A stretch of DNA of 64,000 nt from Candidatus Multivoradales bacterium. GTDB taxonomy: Bacteria; Acidobacteriota; Thermoanaerobaculia; Multivoradales; J023. Within the stretch, counting starts at the first letter, position 1, and every line of letters begins with the position of its first letter. The translations under genes and the position numbers were made by a program. The notes under the pieces were generated by a model, which saw only the letters and a program-made list of their open reading frames with translations, ran no database searches and was not told the DNA's origin. The DNA lies in the NCBI GenBank assembly GCA_965248925.1, contig CBDFLE010000006.1:2496001-2560000 (forward strand). The letters are read 5' to 3'. Below, piece after piece: positions 1-9,803 of the stretch.

Positions 1-1
1 C

Positions 2-583
2 GACCTGGTTTCCCGCGCACGCGAAGGAGACAGGGCCGCCCAAGAGGATCTGGTTCGCCAGTACCGCAAGTCGGCCTATTTCCTCGCCTTGCAATTGTTG
101 GGCAATCCGGACGACGCCTTGGACGTGACTCAGGACGCTTTGCTGCGCTTCCTGACCAACTTGCACCGCTTCGACATTGGGCGACCGGTCAAGCCTTGGC
201 TCTACCAGATTGTTCGTAACCGGGTCACGGATCTACGGCGCCGCCAACGGGTGCGCCGCCACGACTCGATCGACGTGATCGTAGAAAACCGTCCGCGCTT
301 GGAGCTGGTCGACCACAGTGTAGACCCGGAACGCGATGCTGGCCAGGCTCAGCTGCGCCAGCGGGTGTGGAAGGCTCTAGGGCAGCTGTCGGACAAACAG
401 CGGGAGATTCTGGTGTTACGTGACTATCAGGATCTTTCCTATGCCGAGATCGCCCAGACTTTGTCGATTCCGATCGGCACCGTCATGTCGCGTCTGCACG
501 CCGCCCGTAAGCGGCTTCGCGATCATGTGAACAAAGATCTGCGGTCGCTCAATCGCTGGACAGAGGAGAGGGTGCGCAAATGA
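2..583 (+). CDS. ECF RNA polymerase sigma factor (5' end runs off window)
   Basis: Frame open from position 2 (DLVSRAREGDRAAQEDL...). Region 2 'DALDVTQDALL..KPWLYQI' and region 4 'LSYAEIAQTLSIPIGTVMSRLHAARKRL'. Confidence 0.93.
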   Translation, partial: DLVSRAREGDRAAQEDLVRQYRKSAYFLALQLLGNPDDALDVTQDALLRFLTNLHRFDIGRPVKPWLYQIVRNRVTDLRRRQRVRRHDSIDVIVENRPRLELVDHSVDPERDAGQAQLRQRVWKALGQLSDKQREILVLRDYQDLSYAEIAQTLSIPIGTVMSRLHAARKRLRDHVNKDLRSLNRWTEERVRK

Positions 584-1017
584 CGTCATCCCAGCCATTC
601 GACGAAGAGCTGCTCTCGGGCTATCTCGATGGCGCACTCAACCAGGCAGAATCGCAGAAGGTGCGCCTCTGCCTGGAGAACGATGCTGAAGCTCGAGCCT
701 TGTTCGAAGAAATGAAGACACTGCGCGCGGCCACCTCGTCGACCCGCTTCAAAGCGCCCGACGACGACGCTTGGCCCGAGTTGCCCCACACTCTGCCAGG
801 AAAGGCCACGCGGCCCCTCGGTTGGATCGTCCTGACCGCCTGGCTGCTGGTGGTCGGCAGCCTGGCCCTGTGGCGTTTTCTGACCGCTAGCGGCAGCCCA
901 TTGGAAATCTTCTTGACGCTCGGCTTGCCGGGCGGCTTGGTGCTGCTTTTTGTTTCGGTGCTCAGCGACCGCCTACGCGAACTCAAGTCCGATCGCTACC
1001 GGGGAGTGAAGCGATGA
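580..1017 (+). CDS. Membrane-anchored anti-sigma factor
   Basis: ATGA overlap with sigma. N-terminal 'EELLSGYLDGAL' anti-sigma motif, two C-terminal TM helices. Confidence 0.8.
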   Translation: MTSSQPFDEELLSGYLDGALNQAESQKVRLCLENDAEARALFEEMKTLRAATSSTRFKAPDDDAWPELPHTLPGKATRPLGWIVLTAWLLVVGSLALWRFLTASGSPLEIFLTLGLPGGLVLLFVSVLSDRLRELKSDRYRGVKR

Positions 1018-1334
1018 TTCTGACGACCACTGAAACGGTCGCCGGCAAGCGGGTGGTGCGAACCCTCGGCCTGGCCCGCGGCCTGTCTATCCGCAGCCGG
1101 CACGCCGGCAAGGACATCATGGCGATCATGCGCGGTTTGGTCGGCGGCGAGATTCACGAATACACCAAGATGATGGCCGAGTGCCGCGAAGAAGCGCTCG
1201 ACCGGATGGTGCAAGAAGCCGAAGGACTCGGCGCCAACGCGGTGATCTGTCTGCGTTTCGCCACCGCCGAAGCGATGCGCAGCGCCGCCGAGCTGATGGC
1301 CTATGGCACCGCGGTGGTGCTCGAAAACGATTGA
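1014..1334 (+). CDS. ybjQ: YbjQ/UPF0145 family protein
   Basis: 'MILTTTETVAGK...GLVGGEI..YT.MM...REEALDRM..EA..LGANAVI..RF...AYGTAV' signature. Confidence 0.92.
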   Translation: MILTTTETVAGKRVVRTLGLARGLSIRSRHAGKDIMAIMRGLVGGEIHEYTKMMAECREEALDRMVQEAEGLGANAVICLRFATAEAMRSAAELMAYGTAVVLEND

Positions 1335-1343
1335 TCCAGCACC

Positions 1344-2699
1344 CTAGACTTTCATGATCTGATCCAGGCGACGACGCTTGATGGGCAGATCTTTGGGCAG
1401 CCATTCGGCAAACGCCTCGGTGGCGAAAAGCCGCTCGTCGCCGGGATAGGTAGGCACCAGATAGAGCGGAAAGCGCTCGAAAATCTCCAGGTCCGAACGC
1501 TGGCGACGAGCCTGAACCACCCGTCGCTTGGCCGCCGAGCGGTCGAGGTTGCCCAACAAGTAGGTCAGTGCGCGCAACTGCGCCACGGTGCGGCCATCGG
1601 TGAGGGCCGCGGTACCGGGCGCTAGCCGGCTCCGCGGCGACGGCAACAGGCTGCGCTTCGCTTTGGCCAAACCCCGGCGGACGAATTCCTTTGAGCCGTA
1701 CTGCCGCCACTTCTCGGCTAGCCCTGACCCCTTCGCTTCTATTTCTGCCGGCTCACCGGCCAGCAGCGCGGATTCACCTTCGAATACCGTCTCTTGCCGA
1801 CTTTCGCGGCAGGTGTTGGCGATCAAGCCGGCGTAGGGATCGAAGGTCAGCTGCTCACCGCCTGGATTCGACTGCACCATCATCGTCTGAGTGCGGTGCA
1901 TCAGGGTCAGCTGCACCGCCGGCATGATTTTCTGCCAGAGCCCCTCTTCGTAGTTCTTATATGCGGTCAGGAAAGCGTTGCGCTCGAACAAGAAGCCGCG
2001 ATTGTTGTGCCCCAGCAGATCACTGGTGGCCATTGAGCGATGGTGCACCACCGCCTCGGGAGCCAGCAACACTCGCTCGCCACCTGACCACAGCCGCCAG
2101 CCAAGATCGACGTCTTCCAGATAGGCAAAGTAGTCCGCGTCGAAGCCGCCAGCGGCGAGATAAGACGAGCGCCGGATCAGCATGTTGCCACCACAGGCGA
2201 AGGCCAACTCGCTGCCAGCGGCGGGAATCTGCACCTGATCGAGGGGTTGGCCAAAATCGAGTTGGAAGGCATGGCCATCAAAGGTCATCGCAGCACGAGC
2301 AAAGTCCAGGCGCTCGCCAGCCCAATCGACAATCTGGCCAGACACCGCCGCCACATCCGCTGGAGCTGAACGCAGCCCGTCGACCAGCGCCGCCAGCCAC
2401 TCTGGTCGCGGTCGAGTATCGTTGTTGAGCAACGCCACGGCATCACCGCTGGCCTCGTCGATCAAGCGGTTGTTACCGGCGCAAAAGCCCAGATTGTGTG
2501 GACTCTCGATCAGCCGCACCTGCGGATGGTGCTGGCGCACCCATTCCACGGTGCCATCGCTGGAGCCGTTGTCGAGCACCAGGACTTCCCACTCCACCCC
2601 AGGGTCGATCTGCTGCCGCAGTGCCGGCAGGCAGACTTCCAGATGGGCTCGACCATTCCAACTGAGAATGGCGACGGAGACCTTGTCGATGCGACTCAC
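1344..2699 (-). CDS. Glycosyltransferase family 2
   Basis: 'VLDNGSSDGT', 'NLGFCAGNN', 'LLNND', 'YLEDVDLGWR'. Confidence 0.92.
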   Translation of the reverse strand: MSRIDKVSVAILSWNGRAHLEVCLPALRQQIDPGVEWEVLVLDNGSSDGTVEWVRQHHPQVRLIESPHNLGFCAGNNRLIDEASGDAVALLNNDTRPRPEWLAALVDGLRSAPADVAAVSGQIVDWAGERLDFARAAMTFDGHAFQLDFGQPLDQVQIPAAGSELAFACGGNMLIRRSSYLAAGGFDADYFAYLEDVDLGWRLWSGGERVLLAPEAVVHHRSMATSDLLGHNNRGFLFERNAFLTAYKNYEEGLWQKIMPAVQLTLMHRTQTMMVQSNPGGEQLTFDPYAGLIANTCRESRQETVFEGESALLAGEPAEIEAKGSGLAEKWRQYGSKEFVRRGLAKAKRSLLPSPRSRLAPGTAALTDGRTVAQLRALTYLLGNLDRSAAKRRVVQARRQRSDLEIFERFPLYLVPTYPGDERLFATEAFAEWLPKDLPIKRRRLDQIMKV

Positions 2700-2765
2700 G
2701 ATTTTATTGGGGTCCAGATTGAATCGGGCTGCCGGATAGTACCAGCCGCGCGACGGCCGGAGAAG

Positions 2766-4025
2766 CTAGCGCCGAAACCGCCGCTGGAGCCACCGGCGGG
2801 CGCGAAATGAAAGACCGTCGGCAGGTGCTTCGGTGGCTGGGCGGAAGGCGAAATCTTGCTTGGACCCGTCGCTCCGGGGATTGACACAGAAAGCCACCAG
2901 AGGCGCCAAGACCCGCTCCCAGGCAAAGTCGCTCAGCAGCAGCCGGGCAGCCTCCTGGTGAGCCTGATCGAATCCTCCGTCATCGAGAATCTCGACGAAG
3001 GCCCGCTGCAAGGCCGCAGGGTCGGACGGTGGTACCACCCAACCCGCGCCCTGCTCTTGCAGCAAGCGGCTCATCGCCCCCCCTTCGGTGGTGACCACCG
3101 GGCAACCGGTCGCCAGGGCCTCGAGAAAGCGGGTACGCAGCGACAAGCGGGTCTCGAGAGTGATCTGGTGAGTACTGACCAGCAGGTCGACATCGCGCAG
3201 TAGATCAAAACGACGAGCTGACGGGATCCAGTCGAGGGCTTGCACTCGCTGCCCCCACAGCTGGCGCTTTTCACACCATTTGCGAACCTGCTCAAAGAGC
3301 TTCTGCGGCGTACTCTCGGGATTGGGATTGCGGATGAAGAGCAGCGTCCAATCGTCACGCTCCGCCTGCTCGATGACCCGCAGCACCGGCCATGGATCGT
3401 ACCAATCGTAGAGCCCGCCAAAAAGCAGGCGACGCTCGCCCGGAGCCCGCTCGCCAAGCAGCGGACGCGATGGTGGCAAGGAGTCCGGCACCCCGAAGGG
3501 CACCGCGGCGATCAAGCGTTCAAGGTCCGGGTCTTGGCCGACGTTGTGTGGGTTCACCCGGCCAAGCGCCGCCAGGAACCCGAGATAGAACTGCCGCTGC
3601 TCGTCCGAAGAGCAGAGGAAGAAGTCCCCTCGCGAGAGCTGCAACACCCAGGTTGCATGGTCGTTGCGGTAGGGGTCGAGTCCGAGATTCTCCACGTAGT
3701 GCAGATTCTCGACCAGGAACGGATCGTAGAGATCCACCGCCACCGGCAGCTGCGGCAACTCGATCAGCAGGTCATTAGCCAGCTGGCCCTGAGCGACCGC
3801 GGCATCGCAATCCGCCAACAGCTCAGCCAAACGACCGCGCTCGAAACGGCGCACTTCGAAGTCCGCCCCCTCAGTCTCGGGAACCTCCGCGGGATCCCCC
3901 GAAGTGACTAGTACGACTTCCAAACCGGATCGCGGCAGCCGCCGCGCCAGTTCCAGATAGCGAATGCCGATACCCGCCATCTGCGGCCGGATCGGCTCGC
4001 TCGACAGCAATGCCACCCGGCTCAC
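2766..4025 (-). CDS. Glycosyltransferase family 4 (GT-B)
   Basis: 'RTRFLEALATGCPVVTT', 'GWVVPPSDPAAL', 'FAWERV'. Confidence 0.88.
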   Translation of the reverse strand: MSRVALLSSEPIRPQMAGIGIRYLELARRLPRSGLEVVLVTSGDPAEVPETEGADFEVRRFERGRLAELLADCDAAVAQGQLANDLLIELPQLPVAVDLYDPFLVENLHYVENLGLDPYRNDHATWVLQLSRGDFFLCSSDEQRQFYLGFLAALGRVNPHNVGQDPDLERLIAAVPFGVPDSLPPSRPLLGERAPGERRLLFGGLYDWYDPWPVLRVIEQAERDDWTLLFIRNPNPESTPQKLFEQVRKWCEKRQLWGQRVQALDWIPSARRFDLLRDVDLLVSTHQITLETRLSLRTRFLEALATGCPVVTTEGGAMSRLLQEQGAGWVVPPSDPAALQRAFVEILDDGGFDQAHQEAARLLLSDFAWERVLAPLVAFCVNPRSDGSKQDFAFRPATEAPADGLSFRARRWLQRRFRR

Positions 4026-5938
4026 GACTTACGCCTTTGCCACCACTCGTGCAAACGCCAAGCACGGCTGGCACGCATGGTCTCCAAGATGCTACCGAGA
4101 CGCTCGATCTCACCATAGGTGCGGCCCAGATGCCCGCCCTGGTCATCGATCTTGGCCCGCAACTCGGCGATTTCCCGAGCGCCGGCGCGCAGCTCCTGGT
4201 CTCGCGTCCGGACCTCTCGATCACGGCGGTGTAGCTCGCGCTCGTGGGCGCGCAGCTCTTGCTTGAGCTTCCCCACCTCGTCGACCAGGCTGTGGTTGTG
4301 GATTTCGAGGTGGTCGGCTCTACCCTGCTGTTCCTCTCCCTGGCGGCTGGCTTGGCGCAACTGCTCTCGCAAGCGGCCGGCGGACTCCGCTTCGGTCACC
4401 GCCTCAGCCCGCAAGCGGTCGACAACCCGAGCGATGAGCTGACCGTCGTGATGCTCGGCATGCTTGCTCACCACCCGCGCTTTGACTTGCAGAAAATCAG
4501 CCCGCTGACGGGGTTGATCGGCCAGGATATGGTGGCCGGCACCGCGGAAATGACGGTACTCGCAAGTTACCCGTGGGCAGTGATGAAAAGGGGTCTGCCG
4601 CGCCAAACGGATCAACAGATCCCAGTCTTCGAAGAACGGCAGAGAAGTATCCAGCGGCCCAACCTGGTCGAGCAGGCGGCGTTCGATCAACAGGGTGTTG
4701 AAGGGGATATAGTTGTCGAACAGCAGCAGATCGCCATCGAAATCACGGCTGTAGGGCAACCGGCGCTGGCGACAGACCCAGCCGGAGCCCGCTTGCGGCT
4801 CGCCGGATAGCTCATACACCCCCACCGCCGCATCAGTGTAGGCCACCCGCACTCCAGCCCCCGCCACCAAAGCCGCCAGCACCGCCAGGTGCTCGGACTC
4901 CACCAGGTCGTCGTCATCGAGAAAGGCGATGTACTCACCCTTCGCCACCTCGATTCCAGCATTGGCTGCGGCGGCGCGCCCTCCCTGCCGTGGCAAGTCA
5001 ACCCGGCGCAGCTCAAGCGGATAGTCGGCCGGCAACTCGGGAGGCTCGCCGGCATCGTTGACCACCACTACCTCGACCCGGCGATAGGTGCTGGCCGCCA
5101 AACTGGCCAACGCCTGGTCCAGCAGCTCGGGTCGATTGCGCGTGCGTACCACCACCGACAGCCGAGGGCCCTGATCGACGGCCGTATACTCCGGCGTACC
5201 ACCCAGCTCGGTGACCAGACGACCATGACCCGAAGTTTCGAAATCTGCCGCTGAAAGCTCACGATAAGCCTCCACCGCCGGATGGCCAGGCGCCAGACTC
5301 AAACCACGGAAACGCAGCAGTCCGAGGCAAGCACCCAGGTAGTCGTGACGCTGCTGCTGGCTGACGTAACAAGCCATCGCTTGCTCGATTTGCGGCAGCT
5401 GCGCACCAACATCGATCAGCAAATCCGGATAGAGAGGCTGATTGACCTCGTAGGTGAGCACCCTCAAAGATCTGGCCACCACGGCCAAGAGATTGGGAGA
5501 ACGGGTCCCACTGAGCAGGTGGTGTACCGCCGCGAACGCCGCCCGGTGGTCAGCGCTGACCTCGAGGGGTGAAGTCACTAGCAGTAACTCGGGTCGCTGA
5601 CTGAGCAAGGCGCGGCGAATCCCCGCCTGCAACTCTTCGAGGTGCTGCTCCAAAGCGCCATCGGGCAGCAATAGCTCGTCAAAACCGGCGACGCCTAGCA
5701 CCTCAAGGGCGCGGCGAGCCTCTGCCTGGCGCTGTTCGACATAGTCTTGGCGGGCGGCTGGCGTCGCCCCGTGACCGCCGTCGGCAAGGAACAACACCCG
5801 CACCACCGCTCCAGCTGCGCTCAGCTGCGCCACCAACCCACCACAGCCCAGCACTTCATCGTCATAGTGGGGAGCAAGCACCAAGGCGCTCCGCGCATGG
5901 ACCTCAGCGGTCTTTCCCGGGGGCGAGAAGGGGCTCAT
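4022..5938 (-). CDS. PIG-L/LmbE de-N-acetylase - GT2 - coiled-coil fusion
   Basis: 'APHYDDEVLGCGG' and 'ADHRAA' (PIG-L), 'IAFLDDDD' and 'FEDWDL' (GT2), C-terminal coiled coil ending 'SRAWRL'. Confidence 0.88.
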   Translation of the reverse strand: MSPFSPPGKTAEVHARSALVLAPHYDDEVLGCGGLVAQLSAAGAVVRVLFLADGGHGATPAARQDYVEQRQAEARRALEVLGVAGFDELLLPDGALEQHLEELQAGIRRALLSQRPELLLVTSPLEVSADHRAAFAAVHHLLSGTRSPNLLAVVARSLRVLTYEVNQPLYPDLLIDVGAQLPQIEQAMACYVSQQQRHDYLGACLGLLRFRGLSLAPGHPAVEAYRELSAADFETSGHGRLVTELGGTPEYTAVDQGPRLSVVVRTRNRPELLDQALASLAASTYRRVEVVVVNDAGEPPELPADYPLELRRVDLPRQGGRAAAANAGIEVAKGEYIAFLDDDDLVESEHLAVLAALVAGAGVRVAYTDAAVGVYELSGEPQAGSGWVCRQRRLPYSRDFDGDLLLFDNYIPFNTLLIERRLLDQVGPLDTSLPFFEDWDLLIRLARQTPFHHCPRVTCEYRHFRGAGHHILADQPRQRADFLQVKARVVSKHAEHHDGQLIARVVDRLRAEAVTEAESAGRLREQLRQASRQGEEQQGRADHLEIHNHSLVDEVGKLKQELRAHERELHRRDREVRTRDQELRAGAREIAELRAKIDDQGGHLGRTYGEIERLGSILETMRASRAWRLHEWWQRRKS

Positions 5939-6199
5939 AGGGTAGTAGAGGGATGGCGAGCGGAACTGGGCCTTGGAAGTGACGAACGGTTAGCGCCTAG
6001 AATCGCGGCAGCGCACCAAACTGTAGATGATCAATGACTCGCCCGAGTATACCCTTACGGGGTGACGGCCGAACAGCGACCGCCGAACGGTAGTGGCCTA
6101 AGACTGTGTGGGCGGTGTGAGACTTGTCGATGAGAATCCATCGCGCTCCGCAGTTGCAGCCACGAAGCGTTCGAGTGAACACGCTGTTTGATTCCCCAC

Positions 6200-6410
6200 A
6201 ACACCCTAGAAGGGTTACAAGTGCTTCAGTCTCCCTGCAAGAAGACCGCCGGGCACCCTGTGGTTATGCCCCGTTCCCTAGCGTGAACGGTGGGGCTGTT
6301 TCCGGCCACGCCTCACGAGGTTGCCCACATGAGACGAACCCGCGGGTTTCGCGAGTCTCCTCATCAGGAGCCCTCCTTTCAGCGCTGCGCCCCTCGATTG
6401 GGGCACTAAG
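6200..6410 (-). ncRNA. Candidate structured RNA in element A
   Basis: Consecutive minus-strand hairpins: GCCCC-aatcga-GGGGC, CTCC-tgatga-GGAG, GAGAC..GTCTC, CCGTTC..GAACGG, GTCT..cttgcagg..AGAC. No convincing ORF. Confidence 0.4.
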
Positions 6411-6471
6411 ACTCTACTACGGCCCACCGAGCGCGCTATTCATCCTCCTGTAGAATTCTCCGCACCACCAC

Positions 6472-6524
6472 GGCGCGGCTAGGTTAGCCACCAAGCACCG
6501 GGCACCCGCCCCGGCCGTCGCGCC
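6472..6524 (+). repeat. Conserved GC-rich stem-loop, copy 1
   Basis: GGCGCGGCTAGGT...CCGGG...CCCGG..GTCGCGCC, preceded by TAGAATTCTC as in the other copies. Confidence 0.7.
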
Positions 6525-6552
6525 CCTCAACCGGGAGCATCACGGGGGATGC

Positions 6553-7192
6553 TTGGCGAATCGGAACAAGTACAGCGAGCACGAGCTGTGGCAGGTCGTC
6601 GAGTTGATCCATAAAGGCTTCGACATCCGAGCTGCTGCGCGTGAGGTCGGCGGCTGGAATGGCCAACAAGGGAGACCTCAAGAGATACGAACGGCGTCTC
6701 CGCAAGGCGTACTATCGGCGGAGAGCTACCGGCTCACTCTCCCTAGAAGACCCTAAGTGGTCTTCTCAAGAAGAGGCTATTCGGAGATCGTTCAGAGCCA
6801 ATGACAGCCATCGTACAAAGTGTCTTGAACAGATGGCGAGAGCTGAACGATGGCGAGAGCTGAACGTGAAGCGGCTGAGATCGGCTTCTCGCTGGAAGGC
6901 GCAGAAAAAATTCTGTAGCAATCTCTATACCGAGAGCTTGAGTCCTACACCGATCTCGTAAACGCAAGCCCAAGCGGCACAGCAGAGACGATGTTGAACA
7001 GCGAGGCGTCTGCCGAAGATGGCATCCGCCGACTTCGTGAGGCTCGTGTGGGGGCCCGCTAGCCTCACAGAGAAGATTCGGATCCTGTCGGCCTACCTCG
7101 AAGCCAAGCGCTACGTAGGTGCTGTTAGCGGGAAAAATTCCTCCACAGCTAATGGGGAACAAGTTCCAGGGCTTGGAGAAGAATCAGCCTAA
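6553..7192 (+). pseudogene. Frameshifted hypothetical gene with N-terminal HTH-like segment
   Basis: RBS GGGGGA. Protein-like text (MANRNKYSEHELWQVVELI.., ..KRYERRLRKAYY.., ..LTEKIRILSAYLEAK..) spread over successive frames. Confidence 0.45.
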
Positions 7193-7250
7193 GCCGGGGA
7201 ACAATTCCTGTTTGCCGGGGACAAATCCCGGCATCGCCAGGGACAAGCCT
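7154..7250 (+). repeat. Four phased RGGGA(A)CAA boxes
   Basis: Boxes start at 7154, 7196, 7217 and 7239 (spacing 42/21/22 bp). Confidence 0.65.
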
Positions 7251-7321
7251 GTTGAGGTAGCCGCGCAAGCTCTTTGATTACAGCAATTAGGTTTTACAGG
7301 GCATCTTGGTGTGGCGTAGAA

Positions 7322-7360
7322 CTAGAAAGCCGTAGCGATTAGAGCGCTACGGCTTTCTAG
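7322..7360. repeat. Perfect 16-bp inverted repeat
   Basis: CTAGAAAGCCGTAGCG-attagag-CGCTACGGCTTTCTAG. Confidence 0.85.
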
Positions 7361-7570
7361 AACCCAGGTGCAAGCACCGCACGAGGTTCCAGCAGGAATA
7401 GCCTACTCTGTGGCGGAGCTGTGCCGCAACCCCAAGAGGGTGAAGCATGGCCGACTGGAAGAGCATCAGAACGCGGCAACGGTGGCGGGTCTGGTGGCCC
7501 TTGCTGCCGCGTTCCTGGATACCGCCCGGCGGCAGTTGCCGGGTCCGACCCCCGCCTCTGTCGCCAGCCC

Positions 7571-7744
7571 TCACTCCTCAGCAGAATCGATCTTCAGCGC
7601 CCGCGCTTTCTCCAGGGCCGCCGAGATCATGTAGCTCGTCCGGTTGAGCCCGAGTATCTCGGCCGCTTCGTCAATCCGCTCGATCTGCTCGTCTGAGCAC
7701 CAGAGCTGCACTTTCTTTGTCTTCTTGGCTTTCTCTCCACTCAT
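7571..7744 (-). CDS. Ribbon-helix-helix repressor, 57 aa (below ORF-track cutoff)
   Basis: Translated by hand: MSGEKAKKTKKVQLWCSDEQIERIDEAAEILGLNRTSYMISAALEKARALKIDSAEE. Beta-helix-G-helix pattern, divergent from the element A transposase. Confidence 0.8.
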   Translation of the reverse strand: MSGEKAKKTKKVQLWCSDEQIERIDEAAEILGLNRTSYMISAALEKARALKIDSAEE

Positions 7745-7857
7745 GAGCACCAGATTACTCCCAAGAGACTCCTGGGGTCAACCTGAATTACTCCTATTCG
7801 GAGTATAAACCTGCCTAAATGGTTGAGAGATACTCCTGCGAGAAGTCAATTAGGATC
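7745..7857. promoter_or_regulatory. Divergent rhh/tnp promoter region of element A with ACTCC boxes
   Basis: Minus-strand TTGACC-N18-TAATCT. ACTCC at 7757, 7768, 7790, 7832 and inverted GGAGT at 7800. Confidence 0.65.
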
Positions 7858-8228
7858 GTGGAACGGCAGCCCACAACCCAATCGGCGATCGAGCCGCCTA
7901 CCTGCCCGCACTGCGGCGCGGGTTGGGTGCGTTAGGGCAAAGATCGGGACGGGCACCAGCGCTACAAGTGCATTTGAATCTCCGGATGCGCATGCGCCGC
8001 TTGACTCGGTTGACTGCCTGCACCGACGGAAACCGACCACCGATTCCGATTGAAAGTGACCAGTGATTCCAACGGAATCTGACCATCGATTCCGATCGAA
8101 AGTGACCACTTTTCCGGGTCGATCGGAATGGGTGGTCAGATTGGATCGGAATCCTGGCCACGGCGGAGTTCGACGGTAGCGCGCTCCTCACAATTGGGGT
8201 ATTCCAGCCTCCTTGAAAGGAGGATTGG

Positions 8229-9803
8229 ATGCCGAGAGTGAGGACATCGATGCGCAAGATACGCGAGGTACTGAGACTGAAATGGCAGCATGGCCTGTCG
8301 CACCGCCAGATCGGACGGTCGGTTCGGCTGGGCCACGGGACGGTGTGCAGCTACCTGCTGCGAGCCAAGGTTGAAGGCCTGAGCTGGGAGCAAGTAGCAG
8401 CTTTGAGCGACGCTGAGCTGGAGCAACGCCTGTACCCTCGGCCGCAGCCGCTTCGGAGGGGTGGTCAGCGAGCCTTGCCCGACTGGACCAAGGTGCATGG
8501 CGAGCTGAAGAAGAAGTGCGTAACCCTGTCGCTGCTGTGGCAGGAGTACCGGGAGGACCATCCTGACGGCTACGGTCTCAGCCGCTTCTGTCAGCTGTAC
8601 CGGATCTGGGAAGGGCGCCTGGATGTGTGCCTGCGCCAAGCCTACCGGGCGGGCGAGAAGCTGTTCGTCGACTATGCCGGACAGACCGTGAGGGTGATCG
8701 ACCCGGCGACTGGCAAAGAGCGCGAAGCGCAGATCTTCGTGGCGGTGCTGGGGGCGAGCAACTACACCTATGCCGAAGCAACGTGGAGCCAGGGCCTGGA
8801 GGACTGGATCGGCTCTCATGTGCGGACCTTCGCGGCTCTGGGCGGGGTGAGCGAGCTGGTGGTGCCGGACAATCTGAAGAGCGGCGTGACCAGCCCGTGC
8901 CGCTACGAGCCGGAGATCAATCGCACCTACGCGGAGTTGGCCGAGCACTACGGCGTGGCGGTGGTGCCGGCGCGGGTGAGGAAGCCCCAAGACAAGGCGA
9001 AGGTCGAAAACGGTGTATTGCAAGTGGAGCGCTGGATTCTGGCCCGGCTGCGTAACCAGCAGTTCTTCAGCCTGCGAGAGCTCAACGAGAGCATCGCGAA
9101 GCTTCTGGTCGAGCTTAACGACCGTCCGCTGAAGGTGTTGGGCGTCTCGCGCCGAGCGCTGTTCGAGCAGGTCGATCGTCCTGCTCTGGGTGCTTTGCCG
9201 CTCCAGCCCTACGAGCTTGCCGAATGGAAGAAGGTACGCGTTGCCCCGGACTACCACGTCGAGTTCGAGGGCCACTATTACAGTGTGCCGTACCAGCTGA
9301 TCAAGAAGCAGCTCGATCTGCGGGCGACGGCGCAACTGGTGGAGGTGCTCGATCGCGGCAAGCGTGTGGCTGCTCATCGTCGCAATCGGTGTCGGGGTCG
9401 GCACACGACCCAGAGCGAGCACATGCCCAAAGCGCACCAGGCGTACCTGGAGTGGACACCGACACGGCTGATCAGCTGGGCGGCGAAAACAGGCCAGGCG
9501 ACGGCCGAACTGGTGGAGACCATCATGCTTAACCGCTCCCATCCTCAGCACGGCTTTCGCTCGTGTCTGGGGCTGATGCGCCTGGGCAAGACCTATGGTG
9601 CCAATCGTTTGGAGGCTGCGTGCCGCCGCGCGCTCGCCATTCACGGCCTGTCCTACAAGAGCGTGAAGTCGATCCTGAAGAGCGGCCTGGACCAGCAAGC
9701 AGCGCCCGAGCCCACCGAAGTGACGGCGCCGATCGAGCACCGCAACGTCCGCGGCGCCAGCTACTACAGTGCCGCGCGCCGCGAGGAGACGCCGCCATGC
9801 TGA
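8229..9803 (+). CDS. istA: IS21 transposase IstA
   Basis: 'GEKLFVDYAG', 'VVPDNLKSGV', 'PQDKAKVE..V..VERWILA.LR'. Confidence 0.96.
   Translation: MPRVRTSMRKIREVLRLKWQHGLSHRQIGRSVRLGHGTVCSYLLRAKVEGLSWEQVAALSDAELEQRLYPRPQPLRRGGQRALPDWTKVHGELKKKCVTLSLLWQEYREDHPDGYGLSRFCQLYRIWEGRLDVCLRQAYRAGEKLFVDYAGQTVRVIDPATGKEREAQIFVAVLGASNYTYAEATWSQGLEDWIGSHVRTFAALGGVSELVVPDNLKSGVTSPCRYEPEINRTYAELAEHYGVAVVPARVRKPQDKAKVENGVLQVERWILARLRNQQFFSLRELNESIAKLLVELNDRPLKVLGVSRRALFEQVDRPALGALPLQPYELAEWKKVRVAPDYHVEFEGHYYSVPYQLIKKQLDLRATAQLVEVLDRGKRVAAHRRNRCRGRHTTQSEHMPKAHQAYLEWTPTRLISWAAKTGQATAELVETIMLNRSHPQHGFRSCLGLMRLGKTYGANRLEAACRRALAIHGLSYKSVKSILKSGLDQQAAPEPTEVTAPIEHRNVRGASYYSAARREETPPC

Noticed and set aside
6330-6372. 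Hammerhead-like CTGATGA...GAAA on the minus strand
   Set aside because: Stem I cannot form and the stem II/III loops are too short. The alternative hairpins CTCC/GGAG and GAGAC/GTCTC fit better.
8020-8160. Tandem ~22-bp repeats that look like a mini CRISPR or iteron array
   Set aside because: No unique spacers and no cas genes. These are the standard multiple end repeats of IS21, mirrored at the right end.
8136-9740. 534-aa ORF antisense to istA (and similar long shadow ORFs, e.g. 26532-27944, 59369-60364)
   Set aside because: High-GC antisense shadows of clearly recognisable genes, with no motifs of their own.
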